A program made the translations under genes and the position numbers. Shown one piece after another: positions 25,401 through 38,034 of a DNA stretch of 64,000 nt. Location: contig CM052816.1 of NCBI GenBank assembly GCA_028534125.1, positions 1,488,001 to 1,552,000 of the forward strand, given 5' to 3'. Under the pieces are notes generated by a model. It did not search any database. It was not told where the DNA came from and worked only from the letters and a program-made list of their open reading frames with translations. This stretch comes from Lama glama (Eukaryota). Each line of letters opens with the position of its first letter. The stretch's first letter is position 1.

Positions 25401-27519
25401 CCTACATTTTCTCATGCCGGTGCCTTTGCTCATGTTACTTCCTGCCTGAAGGGCCCTTCCTTTTTACCTCTGCATGTTGGACTCCAATCTCTCTCAGAGT
25501 CCAGAGCCAGTGCCAGGAAGTCTCCATCAACCCCATCATACACATCCATCACCCTTTGTTGTGTTGCCATGGCACCTCGCTTATACCGCTTACACCACCT
25601 TCTCATTTTTTTATATACACAGCTGTGGCAGACACTGCTAGTTGCCTAGCAGGGATATAAGAGGGAAGCTCCCATGGAAGGAGGTAGGAAAACCTGGAGG
25701 GCTAGGGGGCAGGGCTGCATTTGTTCGGAGCACATTTGTGGCGGCCCCCTTCAGACTGGACATGTGCCCTCTGGTCACCACTGGTCTCACCATGCCCTGC
25801 ACTGCTTACACTGGGTCGGCCTCACATAAATTACATTACCTGCCCGGCCCTTGTAGGTGTGTAGCCTTGTGACGCATGAAGTGGCTCAGCCCACTTGGCC
25901 TATGATACCTCCAGAAATAGAGAAATGCGCTGGTATGGGTCAGCCCAGGGCCTTGCAAATACCACCATTTGTCTTCCTGTAACTTGCACTCAGAGGCCAC
26001 AGTCCCACCTCTCGGGGCCACACAGATTATACTGACTGTCTCTTGCACATGACAGTTCCTCCGACATTCAAAGTCAGACGTGTTGCCATTGCTTTAACCT
26101 GCTCTCAGTGGTAAGCACTCGGTAACTATCAGCTCTTGTTACGAGTGGTGTGAATAGTGTTATGACTGATGGCTCAGTGCCAGATATGAGCATTTAACAA
26201 ATGAAGTAAGCCTGGGTCAGCAAAGGGAAACCAGAGTGTCAGAATTTTATGGGCATTTTGGAAATCATTAGCCCAGGGATAACAGCCTCTTGTGTTCATG
26301 GATAAGTGGAGAGAGGCTGCTTGAAGCAGTATGCTGATTCTCAGGCCACACCTGTGCTCGCTGGTAAGGGATTCTGGGATGGACTGGTGATGCCTGCCAG
26401 GAAGAGAAAGGAGGGAATGGTGGAGAGATGTCAGTCATTTGCCATGTCTGATTTTATCCAACTTCAAAGGCCCAGAGAAGTGGAGAAGGTCCCATGAGGG
26501 GTAACGTGCAGTACGGAATCTAGAATCCCTGACTTCTAGAGTCTTTCTTTGGACCAAGCTTCCTCACTGCTGTTGGTGTCTCCCAGAAAAATTCACGGGC
26601 TGATGAAATGCTTATTAAGACCCTAGAGGTATTTTTGGTTGTTGTTCCTCATTTTCTTACCCGCTAGCTATCTCAGCTACCTCCTCCAAAGGCTGCCTTT
26701 TACGATGCATCTCCTTCCCTAGTTAAATAAAAAAGATTCATCCTGCTTCTTCTGCTGCCATTCTTTTTGGAAATGCACAATAATCAGTCTTTAATGAGCT
26801 TGTGACTCTGAACCGAGGTATAATAATTTCAGTGACTCTGCAGCTTCCGTTGATGGAAATATATTTATTTTAGAAGCTGATGACCTGTGGGAAAAGACTA
26901 TTATTCTAAATATCATATGAGGTCATGGGAGCTGATGGAGGGCTCGGGGCAAGGGGGAGGAGAGGGGAAGAAAACCAGTGAAAATTAGAATTGCATATGA
27001 ATGAAAATAGACTGCTTTCTATTCTGAGCAAGAGATCTTGGTTTTGCAATTCTTTAGGGGTGCTGTAGCAAGATGTACTCAGATGTGAGAAGTTTCGCGA
27101 GGCTAGCTCAGCCGTTTGCCTAGGGTTCCACTAGGTGACATGAGGGGTGGCAGCTGAGGTCAGCCTTAGGTCCTAGGATAGAAGGCTAGTGGGAACTATG
27201 AGGAGGAAATGGGATGGTCAGAGACCATGCTTCATATCTTTAAAGGAGAGTTGTTCCTGTACTGAGATTTCACATAAAGTATTACACTTTCTATCATAGG
27301 AAGCTAGATGAGCCAAAACCAAACTAATAAACAAGCAAGAGCGCATAGTTACCAAGAATGTGACTCCTCAGTTATTCTAAGTGAATTTTACACACACACA
27401 CATATTATGTAAGATGGGGAATCTTAGTGGACATACTCGTTTTAATCTAATTTTTACTGTTAGTATGTCGTGATCCTTTTCCTTGGTCAATAAATCAAGA
27501 TTTGTGATGTCCTATTGAT

Positions 27520-28075
27520 TCACTGATTACCCTCCAAACAACTACCCCCACCTCATTTCTTAACAGAATGCATGAATACCAAGCCCCATGGTTTGGGCGA
27601 GTGATTTTACTCCCAGCTCTGGAGTAAACTTTGATTAGGTCGAGCCAATCAAGCTTGTCTTATTACCCAGACCTTGGCAGTTGGTTCAGGGATGGGCACT
27701 TGACTCAGTTTGGATCCAGGAGGAGACAGTTGCTAAGGCCTTTAAAGTTAGGAAGTTTCTCTCTTTCATGGAAGCCTCTGGAATTGATGCCATCTCTTAC
27801 TTCGGGTGGTGTGGTACAAGAAGGTGGGATTGGAAGTGCAGCGGACCTTGCTCCTCACAGGAGGGGGAGCCAGCCAAGACTGAAGCTGTGTAGAACACAG
27901 TGGAGACTATGGCTGAAAATACGAAGTGGGGCCAGGAAACCCTCAGGAACCTCTGGATCAGACCATGCCTGAGGCTCATGCCACCTCTGTACTTTTCAGT
28001 TAAATGAGTCAATAAACTTAAGCCTGTTTGAGTCACGTTATCTATTACTGGCAACCCAAAGCATCCTAAATAATA
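27520..28075 (+). mobile_element. Old MLT1K/L-like LTR relic
   Basis: ttggttcagggatgggcacttgactcagtttgg...ctggatcagaccatgcctga...cttttcagttaaatgagtcaataaa. Confidence 0.65.
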
Positions 28076-28468
28076 CAATGATTTTACACAACAGTAAAAT
28101 ATCCTATTACATGGATGTGTTAAAAGCATTTTCATTCCTACTATTCAATTTAATCTCAAAGGCATCTTATGAGGTTAACAAATTTGGCAAGTGGGTAACG
28201 AAGGCCTGGAGGGGAAAAACCGATCTATCCAAGATGACACAGCTGGTTAGTGGCAGAACCAGGCTTCCTGACTTTTTGAACAGAGCTTTTAACACTCAGT
28301 TACACCTCAAGGAGAGGGATTATGGCCCAGTCAAGAGAATAATTCTGAAGGATGGGACCATAATATTAGGCTGACAATTAGGATGCGCAAGTGGCCTGTC
28401 ATGTGAATCAGCTCCACCTCGGATTTGAAATCTAGGATGTAAGGCATGAAAATGTTTAGAGATCAGAG

Positions 28469-28971
28469 TAGTGGTTCTTAAACTGTGGTCTGGGGACCCC
28501 TGGGGGGTTCCTGAGATCTTTTCAATAGATTTGCGTCAAAATATTTTCATAATAATGTTAAAATGATATTTGCCCCTGTTCCATTATCATTCTCTCGTAA
28601 GTATTTGGTGGAGTTTTCCAGAGGCCGCATGACATGTGATACAAAACAAACTGAATGCAGAAGGAAACATAAGAATCCAGTTGTCTTCTGTTAAGCCAGA
28701 AACATTAAAGAAATTTCAGGAATATCAAACAATGCCACTCTTCTTACTAATTATCTTCTTGTTGTTTGGAAAATATTTTTAAAAAATGTGTTACTATGTT
28801 AACGTAAATGTTTCAATGATTTTTGAAAAATATAAATAATTTTTTTTCAGTATTAACTTTGAACACAGTACGTATGGATAGACATAACCTACACAGACAA
28901 AAGTTGTTTGGGTCCTCAATATTTTTAAGAGTGTAAAAGTGTTTCGAGGGTATAACATTTGAGAGCTGTTA
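28469..28971. mobile_element. Charlie1b/MER119-like hAT non-autonomous element, both ends present
   Basis: Left end tagtggttcttaaactgtggtc, internal ctgaatgcagaaggaaacataagaatccag, right end gggtcctcaatatttttaagagtgtaaaag...tttgagagctgtta. Confidence 0.8.
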
Positions 28972-29269
28972 GGTTAAAGGATAAATATGACATTTGATTA
29001 AACTTCTTTCAGGAGACTCATTCAAACAAGCCTAGACTCTTTTTGACTATTGACACCTAGACTCTAGCCACAAAGTACAAAGTGAACTGGAGATTCAGCC
29101 ATTGATGTGTAGTATGATCAGCATGGTTTAAACCAAGTTGTACAACTTTGGTCAAAAGTTCCTTTGGGGATCAGAATGAATTTGTTGCCTACTTTGATCA
29201 AACTGATCAGAAACTGACAGGCTCTGTCCATTGCTCTGTAGACACATGACGCCACTGGAGTGCTATGTA

Positions 29270-29830
29270 GTGAGAGGTAACATTGTGATGGCAAGCAACA
29301 GAAGATGACCTGGCTAACTGGGCAGAGAAGTTGCTTATCAAAAGGATCTTGGGAGCTCTCAAAGACGTTAGGAGAAATGGAGAGCCAGGCTTGAAGCTAA
29401 GCCTCTGGGAGCAATGAAAACATCACTCCAAGGAACTAGCTAGATGGACAGAACACCACCACCCCTGTCGTCCCACCAAGCCCTTGAGGAGACCACCCAC
29501 CCCTCTGTGCCAGGATCTCAACCTTACAAACATTGTCATCCCAAAAGTCAGAACCCTTGCCACCATTCTTGCCAGCAAAATGGATCTCCTGGAAATCTCT
29601 TTCCTGGAGTTGCTCTCTTTGGAATCAAAGTTTATAGGAGTGTGTCTGATTGGCAGAACCTGAGTCACATGCTTTCATTCAAGTTGCAAGAAAGGCTGGA
29701 ATTTGATTTGAGTTTTATAAATTCTGCCTTGGAGAGGTGGGATGCACAGGGCTGAAATGATCCCAAACATTGAGAAAGTATTTAACAAGAGCCAAGAAGT
29801 CAGAAAACACAGCTGACGTCTGCAACATGT
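29270..29830 (-). mobile_element. Old MaLR/ERVL-type LTR relic
   Basis: gcaagcaacagaagatgacctggctaact...gtgtgtctgattggcagaacctgagtcacatgc...ttgcaagaaaggctggaa. Confidence 0.55.
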
Positions 29831-30560
29831 GGTGTTAGAAGCCACAGAGTTGTGGTTATGCAGAAGGTGCCAGAGTTAGGCAGATCTGGGTTTGAATTCT
29901 ATCTCTGTTGCTGCTACCAGGTGTAGGACCTTAGGAAAATCACTCAAAGTCTCAAAGTTTCAGTGATCTTACCTACATCTTTGGGTAGATATGAAGATTA
30001 AGTTAATTCCTTAGATGAAATAACATGTAACATAATATTGTGTGTACCTAATAGGCATCCCATAAATAGTAGCCATTAATATTACTGATCTTCAGGTTTT
30101 GCAAATAGACGCATTTTCCCCTAAAGGGGTAAAGGGAAGCCAGGGCACAAGGATGCCAAGGGACTTGCACAGAATTTAAGCAAGAACTAACATCAGGGTG
30201 TGCTTCTGAGCTCACTGATTCTGGGTCCAGCTCCTATCTCAGTTTTTCAGACCCATCACCTACTTCTGTAATCAAAATGTGGCAGAAGTAATAAAGATCT
30301 CATATTACCCAATTTTTTTTTCGGTGGGGACATTTAAGGTAAATTTTATTATCTTCCTAATCTTTTCTGCATTATTTGAAAATTTACTAATCAGTACACA
30401 GTATTAAAAATTTAAAAACAGCAGTAAAGCTGTTTTTATTCTGGGGAACAAAGATCTGTCTCAGTTTCAGTTCCCCTCAAAGCTGAGCCTAAGCTGAGGA
30501 TTTGGGTCTTGAGGGTAATTTATGTAGGAGGCGACTGAAGTCTAAGTCCTGGTTTTCTAA

Positions 30561-30664
30561 GGTCTGTTTATTCATTTACTTATTTTTAATGGAGGTACTG
30601 GGGACTGAACCCAGGACCTCACGCATGTTAAGCACACACTCTACCACTGAGCTATACCTTCCCC
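30561..30664 (-). mobile_element. Camelid tRNA-derived SINE (Vic-1-like)
   Basis: The reverse strand reads ggggaaggtatagctcagtggtagagtgtgtgcttaacatgcgtgaggtcctgggttcagtccccagtacctccattaaaaataa, with A and B boxes and an A-rich tail. The flanks agtcctggttttctaa and agtcttcattttctaa form a degenerate TSD. Confidence 0.88.
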
Positions 30665-30699
30665 TAGTCTTCATTTTCTAATGAAACAGAGAATCTAAT

Positions 30700-30945
30700 G
30701 AGCATTTCCCAAGTGTGGATCAATATCAAGAGTGTTACCAGAGATAACCTACGTAATAGGGTTCTATGAACAACTGTGGGAGATGCTGGGACAAAAAGGT
30801 ATTTTTACTGCAGGACTTCTCAGGGCCTTTGGCCTGCTGATGCACGTTGAGAATGCCTAAGTGGGATGTACAGCCCAGTCCCTGTTGTTATTCCAAGAGG
30901 ACTTTGTAGGATTAATACTCTCCTGAGTACTTTGGGAAATGTTGC
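30700..30945. mobile_element. MER103C-like hAT-Charlie relic
   Basis: Termini agcatttcccaagtgtg and actttgggaaatgttg are roughly inverted repeats; internal tttactgcaggacttctcagggccttt. Confidence 0.65.
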
Positions 30946-31140
30946 ATGATCTCAGAGGTCACTTCAAACTATAAAGTTAGTGATTTCTATGATCTCATTT
31001 AGTCTTTCTCCCAAGTCAGTAAAATGAGGAGCCATGTTGAGAATCACTTGGTCAAAACCAAGAAGCCAGTTGTGAGCATAACTGGACTCAAATCCAAATC
31101 TTTTGAGCCAATTTTTCCCCTACAGTGTGAGGAGGGCAGG

Positions 31141-32020
31141 CATTGTGGCTTGAATTATGCTCCCCAAGAAGTTAGGTCAAAGTTTAACCCCCATACCTCA
31201 GAACGTGACCTAATTTGGAAACAGAGCCTTCCTAATTTTGAAACAGATCATTAGCGTGGGACCTGATCGGAATGACTTGTGTCCTTATAAGAAGGAGAAA
31301 TCTGGACACACATGCTCATAGATGGAAGATGGTGTGAAGATACAGAGAGAATGCTACGTGAAGGAGGAGGCAGAGATTGGAGGCATGATGCCGCAAGCCA
31401 AGGAATCTTGGGCTGTTGACCTGGGACCTGGGACCTTTTGCTGGAGTGCTTGCACCTGGACAAATGTCTCCTGTGAGCAACATAATACAAACAAACTAAG
31501 ATGAAAAATAACTGCACCCATGTGCAGTTGGGGCAATTATGAACAGTAAGATACAAAAAGGCCACAAACCAGCTGCCCCTTCTGAGATGCCGAGAGCAAA
31601 GCACGGTACCGAGAGGGTAGGCAGACCACCTAAGCTACATTTCCTGCCCAACCCACCGATCTGCCCCTACCCTCATTCTGTTTAAGGGACCAGCTCGCAC
31701 CCGCCGTGGAGAGCGAGCGAAGGAAACTGTTACCCACTTTCACGCCCTCATCCTGCAGCAGGAGTCCCACAAAGCCTTGCCTGAATTTCTCGTCTGGCCT
31801 CTTATCAATTTCTATTGATTAGAGCGTCCAAGGAACTGAGTATTAGAAGCTGAGAGCGGCCGGAAGGATCTTTATCCTGTACGTTTCAGAGGGCCACCAC
31901 CTTGCCAACCCCTTGATTTTGGACCTCTAGCCTCTGGAACTGTTGAAGAATACATTTCTGTTTCTCTCAGCCACCCAGCTTGTGGGTAGTTTGCTATAAC
32001 AGCTCCAGGAAACAAACACA
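31141..32020 (+). mobile_element. MLT1B/C-type MaLR solo LTR, interrupted at about 31414-31844
   Basis: 5' part: ...gaggcagagattggaggcatgatgccgcaagccaaggaa. 3' part: agaagctgag...gattttggacctctagcctctggaactg...ggaaacaaacaca. The 5-bp flanks are gcagg/gcaga. Confidence 0.88.
31414..31844 (+). mobile_element. MER41-like ERV1 solo LTR (cetartiodactyl type), nested in MLT1
   Basis: Starts with TG. Contains ctgggacctgggaccttttgctggagtgcttgcacctggacaaa and aaagccttgcctgaatttctcgtctggcctcttatcaatttctattgatt, which match my recollection of artiodactyl MER41-like LTRs. Confidence 0.75.
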
Positions 32021-34389
32021 GCAGATGCGATAGGAGCCCTAGAATGGACGCGTCTAGGCTCCGTTTGGTCGGGCCCAGGTCTGAGCTCTGAACACAGCAG
32101 TGCACAGCGGCCTGCAGGGAGAGCTGCCGGCCTCAGCCCCGGGGGACAGGGCTTCTGTTTAACAGCTGAGAACAAGGGGATTCTCCACGCTTTCCTCAGA
32201 CCCAGGCTCTCTCCTCCCTCGTCTTCTCACCTCAGCAACAAACAGGAGAACTTAGAGGCTCATAAACCTTTTATAAACAAACAGAGTCCCTTTCATGTTC
32301 ATTTTCCTTGTGTCTGGGCAGGGCTGTTTCCTTGTGCTGGGCTGCCGGGCCATGGAATGGGACCTCTCTCTGTGGAAAGAGCCAGGAGCAAGCTTTGCCA
32401 GCTGAGTTGGCAGGGACAGAGCTGCCCCCGGTGTAGACACCTGTTGCTCCAGTCTATTTACAGAGACCTCCTGGGTGCTCACTGCCCCAGGCAGGGCTTG
32501 AACCTCTGACTGTAATGAGTCACTTCTGCATTGTCATGATAAGATCTTCTGATTCTGTGCCCATTACAGGGTTCTGAGGTGTTAGGAGCAGAGGATTAAA
32601 TCCCTGCACTGACTATAAAATAGGCAGGGCATCCCCATTTTACTGATGAGCAAACTGAGGCCCAGATGGATGAAGGGACTTTTCCCAGAGTCATGGAACT
32701 AATTCATGGCAGAGCCGAAACTGCCCTAAAAAAAGGAGCTGCATGTGGGAGGAACTGAATATTTATCTGAGAAAATACAGCTGTAAGGCAATGGGTACTT
32801 GGTGGGCTGAGGAAGGAGCAGTTGCCCAAGGGAAATGCTGAGAAATGGGAGAATAGGGGGGCTAAGAGCCCCAACTTTAGAGTCAGAACTGGCTTTGAAT
32901 GTAGGTTTTGCCAAATTCTAGCTGCATGATTGCAAGTTGCTCTCTGTGCCTCAGTGTATCTGATAAATGAAGAAAATAGTTGTACCTACTTCATTAAGTT
33001 GTCCTGGCCATCAGATGACAGGATCCGCATGTTTGACTTGGTGTCCGCAGCGTGGGGACCATTGGACACATCACAGGTATTGCTGCGGTGGAGGTCAGTA
33101 ACAGCTCTAGTCACCCTGCGCCTTTGACTGGAGCCGACCTGGTGAATGCTGGTCCCTCTGTGGTAGGTAGGCTCAATTTTGGAAAGATGATGACCACATT
33201 GAGGAGGAGCTGGGTGTGGCTCCAAGCCAGCAAAGTCCCTCGGAAGCTTGTGGAGCTGGGGAGCAACTGGGGATCCTAGCCCGCAGAGTCTACTCCTGCA
33301 GCATACTCTGAGGGCCTGTGAACAAAACAAAGCAAACCTGGGATGAAGTTTCCAAACTGCTCTCAAGTGCTGCCAAGCCTGGATCTGCTTTCCAAGCCAC
33401 ACGGAGGCAGCTTCATCCCCTACTCCCTCAGAGGCAGGGCCCCGTGACCCTTTGGGAGCTGGAATCCATCCTGAGCAATGGAGCAACTGCTGGACAGAGT
33501 TCATGCTCCCAGGAGGATCCTGGGCTTTGGACCCTGCATCCCTCATGCTGAGCTGTGCCAAAAGGTGGAGAAACAGGGTTGGGATAAAATCCAGGGTCAG
33601 GAGGTCAGCTCTGCTGAAGGGGACTATTACCCTGGAGCCCCTCAGGCTCTTTACTCTTCTCCTATAGAAACATCTATGCACTGCCTATCCCCTGGGGTAG
33701 ACCTCACAGTGGCACTCCCTTGCTTCAGAGTCTTCTATGGCTCCCTATTACCTGTACCTACTTAAAATTCCTAAGCCTGACATTCAAGGCCCATGGGGGT
33801 CTGGCCTCGGTATTCCTCTACAGCCTGGCCCTTACTGGGCTCCACATGAGCCCACACTCCAGCCATGTCCAGGACTTGCAGTCCCTCACATGCACCTGTG
33901 GCTTCTACTCCACCATGTTTTTCTTGTGCCCATAAGAGACGAGACATCGTGAAGACGTGGTGGGTGCTCGTTATGCATCAGCTGAATCAAATCATACTAT
34001 ATTTTGCCCTCTTGTCATCCTTCCAGAGAACAATAAAAATGAAGACATGAACCAAAATAGCTGTGAAAACTCCACCTTAAACAATAAGGATCATAGAAAC
34101 GAACTCCTGATACTGCCGTGTCCATCTCAAGCCAGGACTGCAAGAGGCTTAGTCTAGCACTAAAAAAGGGGCAAACTGGAGCTTTCGTTCTGCCCTGTGT
34201 CTGGGCGCTAACAGCCCTGGAACGGAATATCCCACTCTTTGCCCCTTACTCCACATTACTTTCACTCAAGTAGAGAGCAAGGCTGCTGAAGAACAGGGGG
34301 GTGAAATGACATTTTGTAGGAGGACGTTTGTCTTTTCTCTGTTGGGGACCAATTCATGCTACCTCTGATTTGGTGGCTAAAACCATTTT

Positions 34390-34508
34390 TTGGGGGGTGG
34401 GGAGGAGTTAATTAGGTTTCTTTCTTTAAATGGAGGTACTGAGGATTGCACCCAGGACCTCGTGCATGCTAAGCGTGTGCTCCACAGGTGAGCTACACCC
34501 TCCCCTCC
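34390..34508 (-). mobile_element. Camelid tRNA-derived SINE (Vic-1-like)
   Basis: aatggaggtactgaggattgcacccaggacctcgtgcatgctaagcgtgtgctccacaggtgagctacaccctcccc. TSD gctaaaaccatttt (34376-34389) / gctaaaatcatttt (34515-34528). Confidence 0.88.
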
Positions 34509-35904
34509 TAGCTAGCTAAAATCATTTTGGAGGTAGGAGTCTTGGCTTAAGAAAGGCCCAAGTCAGCCCAAGCAGCCTTATGGTGTTGGCTCTTGCAGCG
34601 TCCATATCAGTTCTCATCTGGGGGCATTTTCGCCATGCACCGCGGGGACGCTGGCAACGTGTGACGTTTAGAAAAGACTTGGGGAGCTCTTCTCCGGGTC
34701 ATCTCATGACACAGCTCAGCCTCGTCAGAGAGGTCTTCCCTGTCCATCTTACAGTCATTACCTAGGATGGTCACTCCATTTATAGTCTTCATAACACTTA
34801 ACAACGTCTGAAATTATCTTGTGTATGTGTGTACTTGTCTAGAAAGTCCTTGTCTAAATTTCACCTCCTCAGGCCTATGCAGCTCCTTCCTTTTTTGACC
34901 CCTCCTAGCACTTTATAATTCAGACTGACTTTTTCATCATTCCGCCGTGCCCCTGGATTCTGTGGACGTTGTGCGAGTCTCCTCGCCCTGCTGTGATCTC
35001 CTTGCGGACAAGGACTGGGCTTTACCCCTAGAGGCATTTCCTCCCAGAGTCCACGCTGCACAGTGCTGCTTACACTTTTGTTGACGGCTGTTGCACTGGC
35101 TCCCAGTTTGACTGCCTCCCATAGTGCAGCCAGGGAGCTTTCTCTTCTCGGGCATCTTCAAGGTGGAGACACAGTCTTTAGCAAACTAGATTTCACACCA
35201 GTGAATTCTTAAGCAGACAAGCAATTGCGAAGGCAAGAGATTGTCGAGTCGGGCTACTGTTTGAGCTCCTCTAAGTGTGTATTCTCAGCAGAACCAGGGA
35301 ACTTGTGAAAGGCTAAGCGGAACACTGTGAGGGTTGTAAAACTCCACGCTATCAATGAAATGATTTCTGATCTTCGCTCAATTACTCTTTTAAGCGGGCC
35401 CGAACCATGTTCTGAGATTCTCTTTTACTAGGATAATTCCGCTGAAGAAGAGAAAGCATTATATTCGAAAGAGTTAAGAGCTGGAAGAGACCTTAGAAAT
35501 CATCCAGCCTGACTCTCCGTACTTAGTAAGACATGAGGAAACTGAGGCTTCAGGAGGAATTGTGTTCAACATTACACAGAAGTCAGGGGCGAAGGTCGGA
35601 TACCCAGGCGGCGCTCCTGACTCTTGGTCAGTGCTGTTTTCATCCCAAGGTTAGTCCCTTTAGTCCCCGCAGCTCTTCTGATGTGGTCATGTAATATGCT
35701 TCTTCCCCCAGACTGCAGGTTTCAGTCCTTTATGCACCCTGGCTGGTGGAATGGGAACCTGACTCCATGGACTGAGTTCAAGGACAGCAGGAAATCTCTC
35801 CCGTTTCCTCCCTGCCCCAGGCCCCCACCCTGGCCAGACACTGCTGCCAGAATTGCACCATAAAAGACAAGCAACTTTATATCCAGACATAATCTGTCCT
35901 TAGG

Positions 35905-36205
35905 CCAAAGGTTGCAACCTCAGATGCCCATGGGGGCTGAGTAGGTATTATACTGGTGAGTCGGCACAGGTCGGGCTGTGGGGAGCTGGAGAGCACAGGT
36001 CATGTCCAACGGGCCCAAGGAGGCAGCTGTGGGTCCATGCCAGCCAGAGGGGCCGTATCTTCTGTGTTTTCAAAGAAGCCAGAAAAGCACATTCTTCTTA
36101 TTTGAACTCTTCAATTGTAAGCATTGGCAACAATAACAACAGAAAAATTAAAGTACTGTCTGCTCAGAAAACAAACACGTAAAACTCCTCTCCAAGCTGG
36201 ACTTG
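35905..36205. mobile_element. MER102-like hAT relic
   Basis: caaaggttgcaacctcagatgccc...gagctggagagcacagg...ttttcaaagaagccagaaa...ttggcaac. Confidence 0.6.
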
Positions 36206-37714
36206 ATCTTTCTCACATAGGAGTGTGAAGCTATGTATAGACTCTTTCTAATGGTTGGAGGATGAGATCAAATAAAACGTATCCTCAGGGAGCTGCACGG
36301 AACACCAGGTTTGGTGGCGGGGCATGTGCAGGGCCTGCAGAAGGATGGGGTGAGTGAACTTGCATGACCAGGAGAGCGACTGCCTCCATCAGTTCTGCAC
36401 CCTGGGTGCCTCATTTGCTTCACCCTGAACATGGCATGGGTGGAGTGTAGGGGAGAGGGGAGATATGAGTCAGGGGAACCACATCCATAGGTCAGGCTGA
36501 GTGGAAAGACACCAGGAAGGGGACAAAGCGGTGTGAAGGCCACCGAAGCCGTATGATGCTGCTCTGACTTCCCTGCTGTGGAGGGGCTGGGGAGATTGCA
36601 TCCTGTGCTAACAGCACCACTGTTTGCTTCCATGCTATTGCCAGACCTCAGGAAGCCTTGACTCAAGTCTTGCCCCAAGCAACCTCAGCAGAAAGTGTGA
36701 GAAAGCAAGGAACATCAGCTGTTTTTTTTAATCTTTAAACCCAGCAAGGAAAGCAGTTGTGGACACAGTGCCTGGGCCTAAGGCCTCAGCCTTCTGACTG
36801 TCTGGGAGCCCCTGGAGCTGCTGAGGACCATTCATGGCAGGTGGGGAAGGGGGTGTCAGCCAACCCAGAGACCTCAGGAGCTTGCAGAGTCCTCTGCTTC
36901 CCCTGAGCCTCCTGGGGGGCAGGGCAGACTTGCTGTTGAGGTGCCATTCTGCTTACTTCTGATGAAGGGGGTGGCTGGGCCTTTGCGGAACGTGACCTCC
37001 CTGCCTTCTGAGTGGAGCCCAGCAGGAATCTGGAGGAGCAAGACTCTGAGCAGCTTCTCCTGCTGCTTCTTTGGCTCTCCAGCCACACGCCTGCGGTTTG
37101 GGCCCAGCATCGCGGACAGCTGGGTTTGTTTTGGTGTTCAAACTTGGGGGGAGGGACATGATTTTAACATCGAAAAAATAAACTGTTTTCAGAAGAGAGA
37201 GAAGGCTTCCAGCAGGAGCCCTTGAAGGCTCTAACCTCGCCTGCTCCCTCCCAGTGTCAGAGAATCAACGCCTGATGGGAGCCAGCAGTTAGCAGCAGCT
37301 CTAGGGAAATGAACAAGCAATGTCGTGGGAGTTGGACCAAGTATCCCCGAGACGCTGGGACGGTCCACATAGCCTCTACAACGGGGATCTCTGGGACCCC
37401 CATGTTTACCTGGGTCCTTGCTGCTATTTGCTGTTTTTAATACCTGCTACATGTGTCTGGGTCTCCAAACCCTGTGGGGGCGGTCTGAGAGAGCCCAAGA
37501 AGAGGAGGGACTCATGGGGACAGGTGACATGTGACAGTTGTCTACAAATGCTGGATGTTGGAGAAGCTGTCAATCAAAAGTCGGAAAAAATAGACTTCTA
37601 TGGGACCCCAGACGATATAATTAGGACCTGATGTGGAGCTAAAGAAGGCATGTTTTCCTGTTAATATAAGCAAAACAAAAACAACAACAAAAATCAACTT
37701 TTTTTTTAAATAAT

Positions 37715-38034
37715 CAGGGGTGTCTGCCTGTCAGTTGTTCTGACTAGCCTGTCTCCTCCTCAGAGAAGACTTCCATGAACTCCTCCCCTGCTCCTCCTCT
37801 ATCTACATTTGATCATCCCTCAGTTATTCTGTACCATCCGTCGGTTTATTTCCCTCAAGTTACTTATCAAAGTCAATAAACACCATGCCTACTGCTTGCT
37901 CACTTGTTTGATTTCTGTCTGCCAGTCTGGGTGATCAGCTTCATGGGGGCAGAGATCTTGTGCCTCGCTGTCCTTGTCTTCCCAGTGCCTAGCATGTAGC
38001 CCGGCACATAGTAGGAACTCAGTAAACATTAGTT
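37715..38034 (+). mobile_element. L2 3' end; its terminus is split by the L1 and resumes at about 39745-39775
   Basis: tcccagtgcctagcatgtagcccggcacatagtaggaactcagtaaacattagtt, continuing as gaccaaatgaagcgtgaatga after the L1. Confidence 0.8.

Noticed and set aside
30590..30664. tRNA-like sequence here and at about 34430-34505
   Set aside because: A-rich tails, TSDs and degenerate stems mark these as SINE copies, not tRNA genes.
32986..33681. Longest listed ORF (231 aa, minus strand)
   Set aside because: No recognisable domain, it overlaps MIR and L2-like relics at its ends, and there is no supporting exon structure; consistent with a chance ORF.
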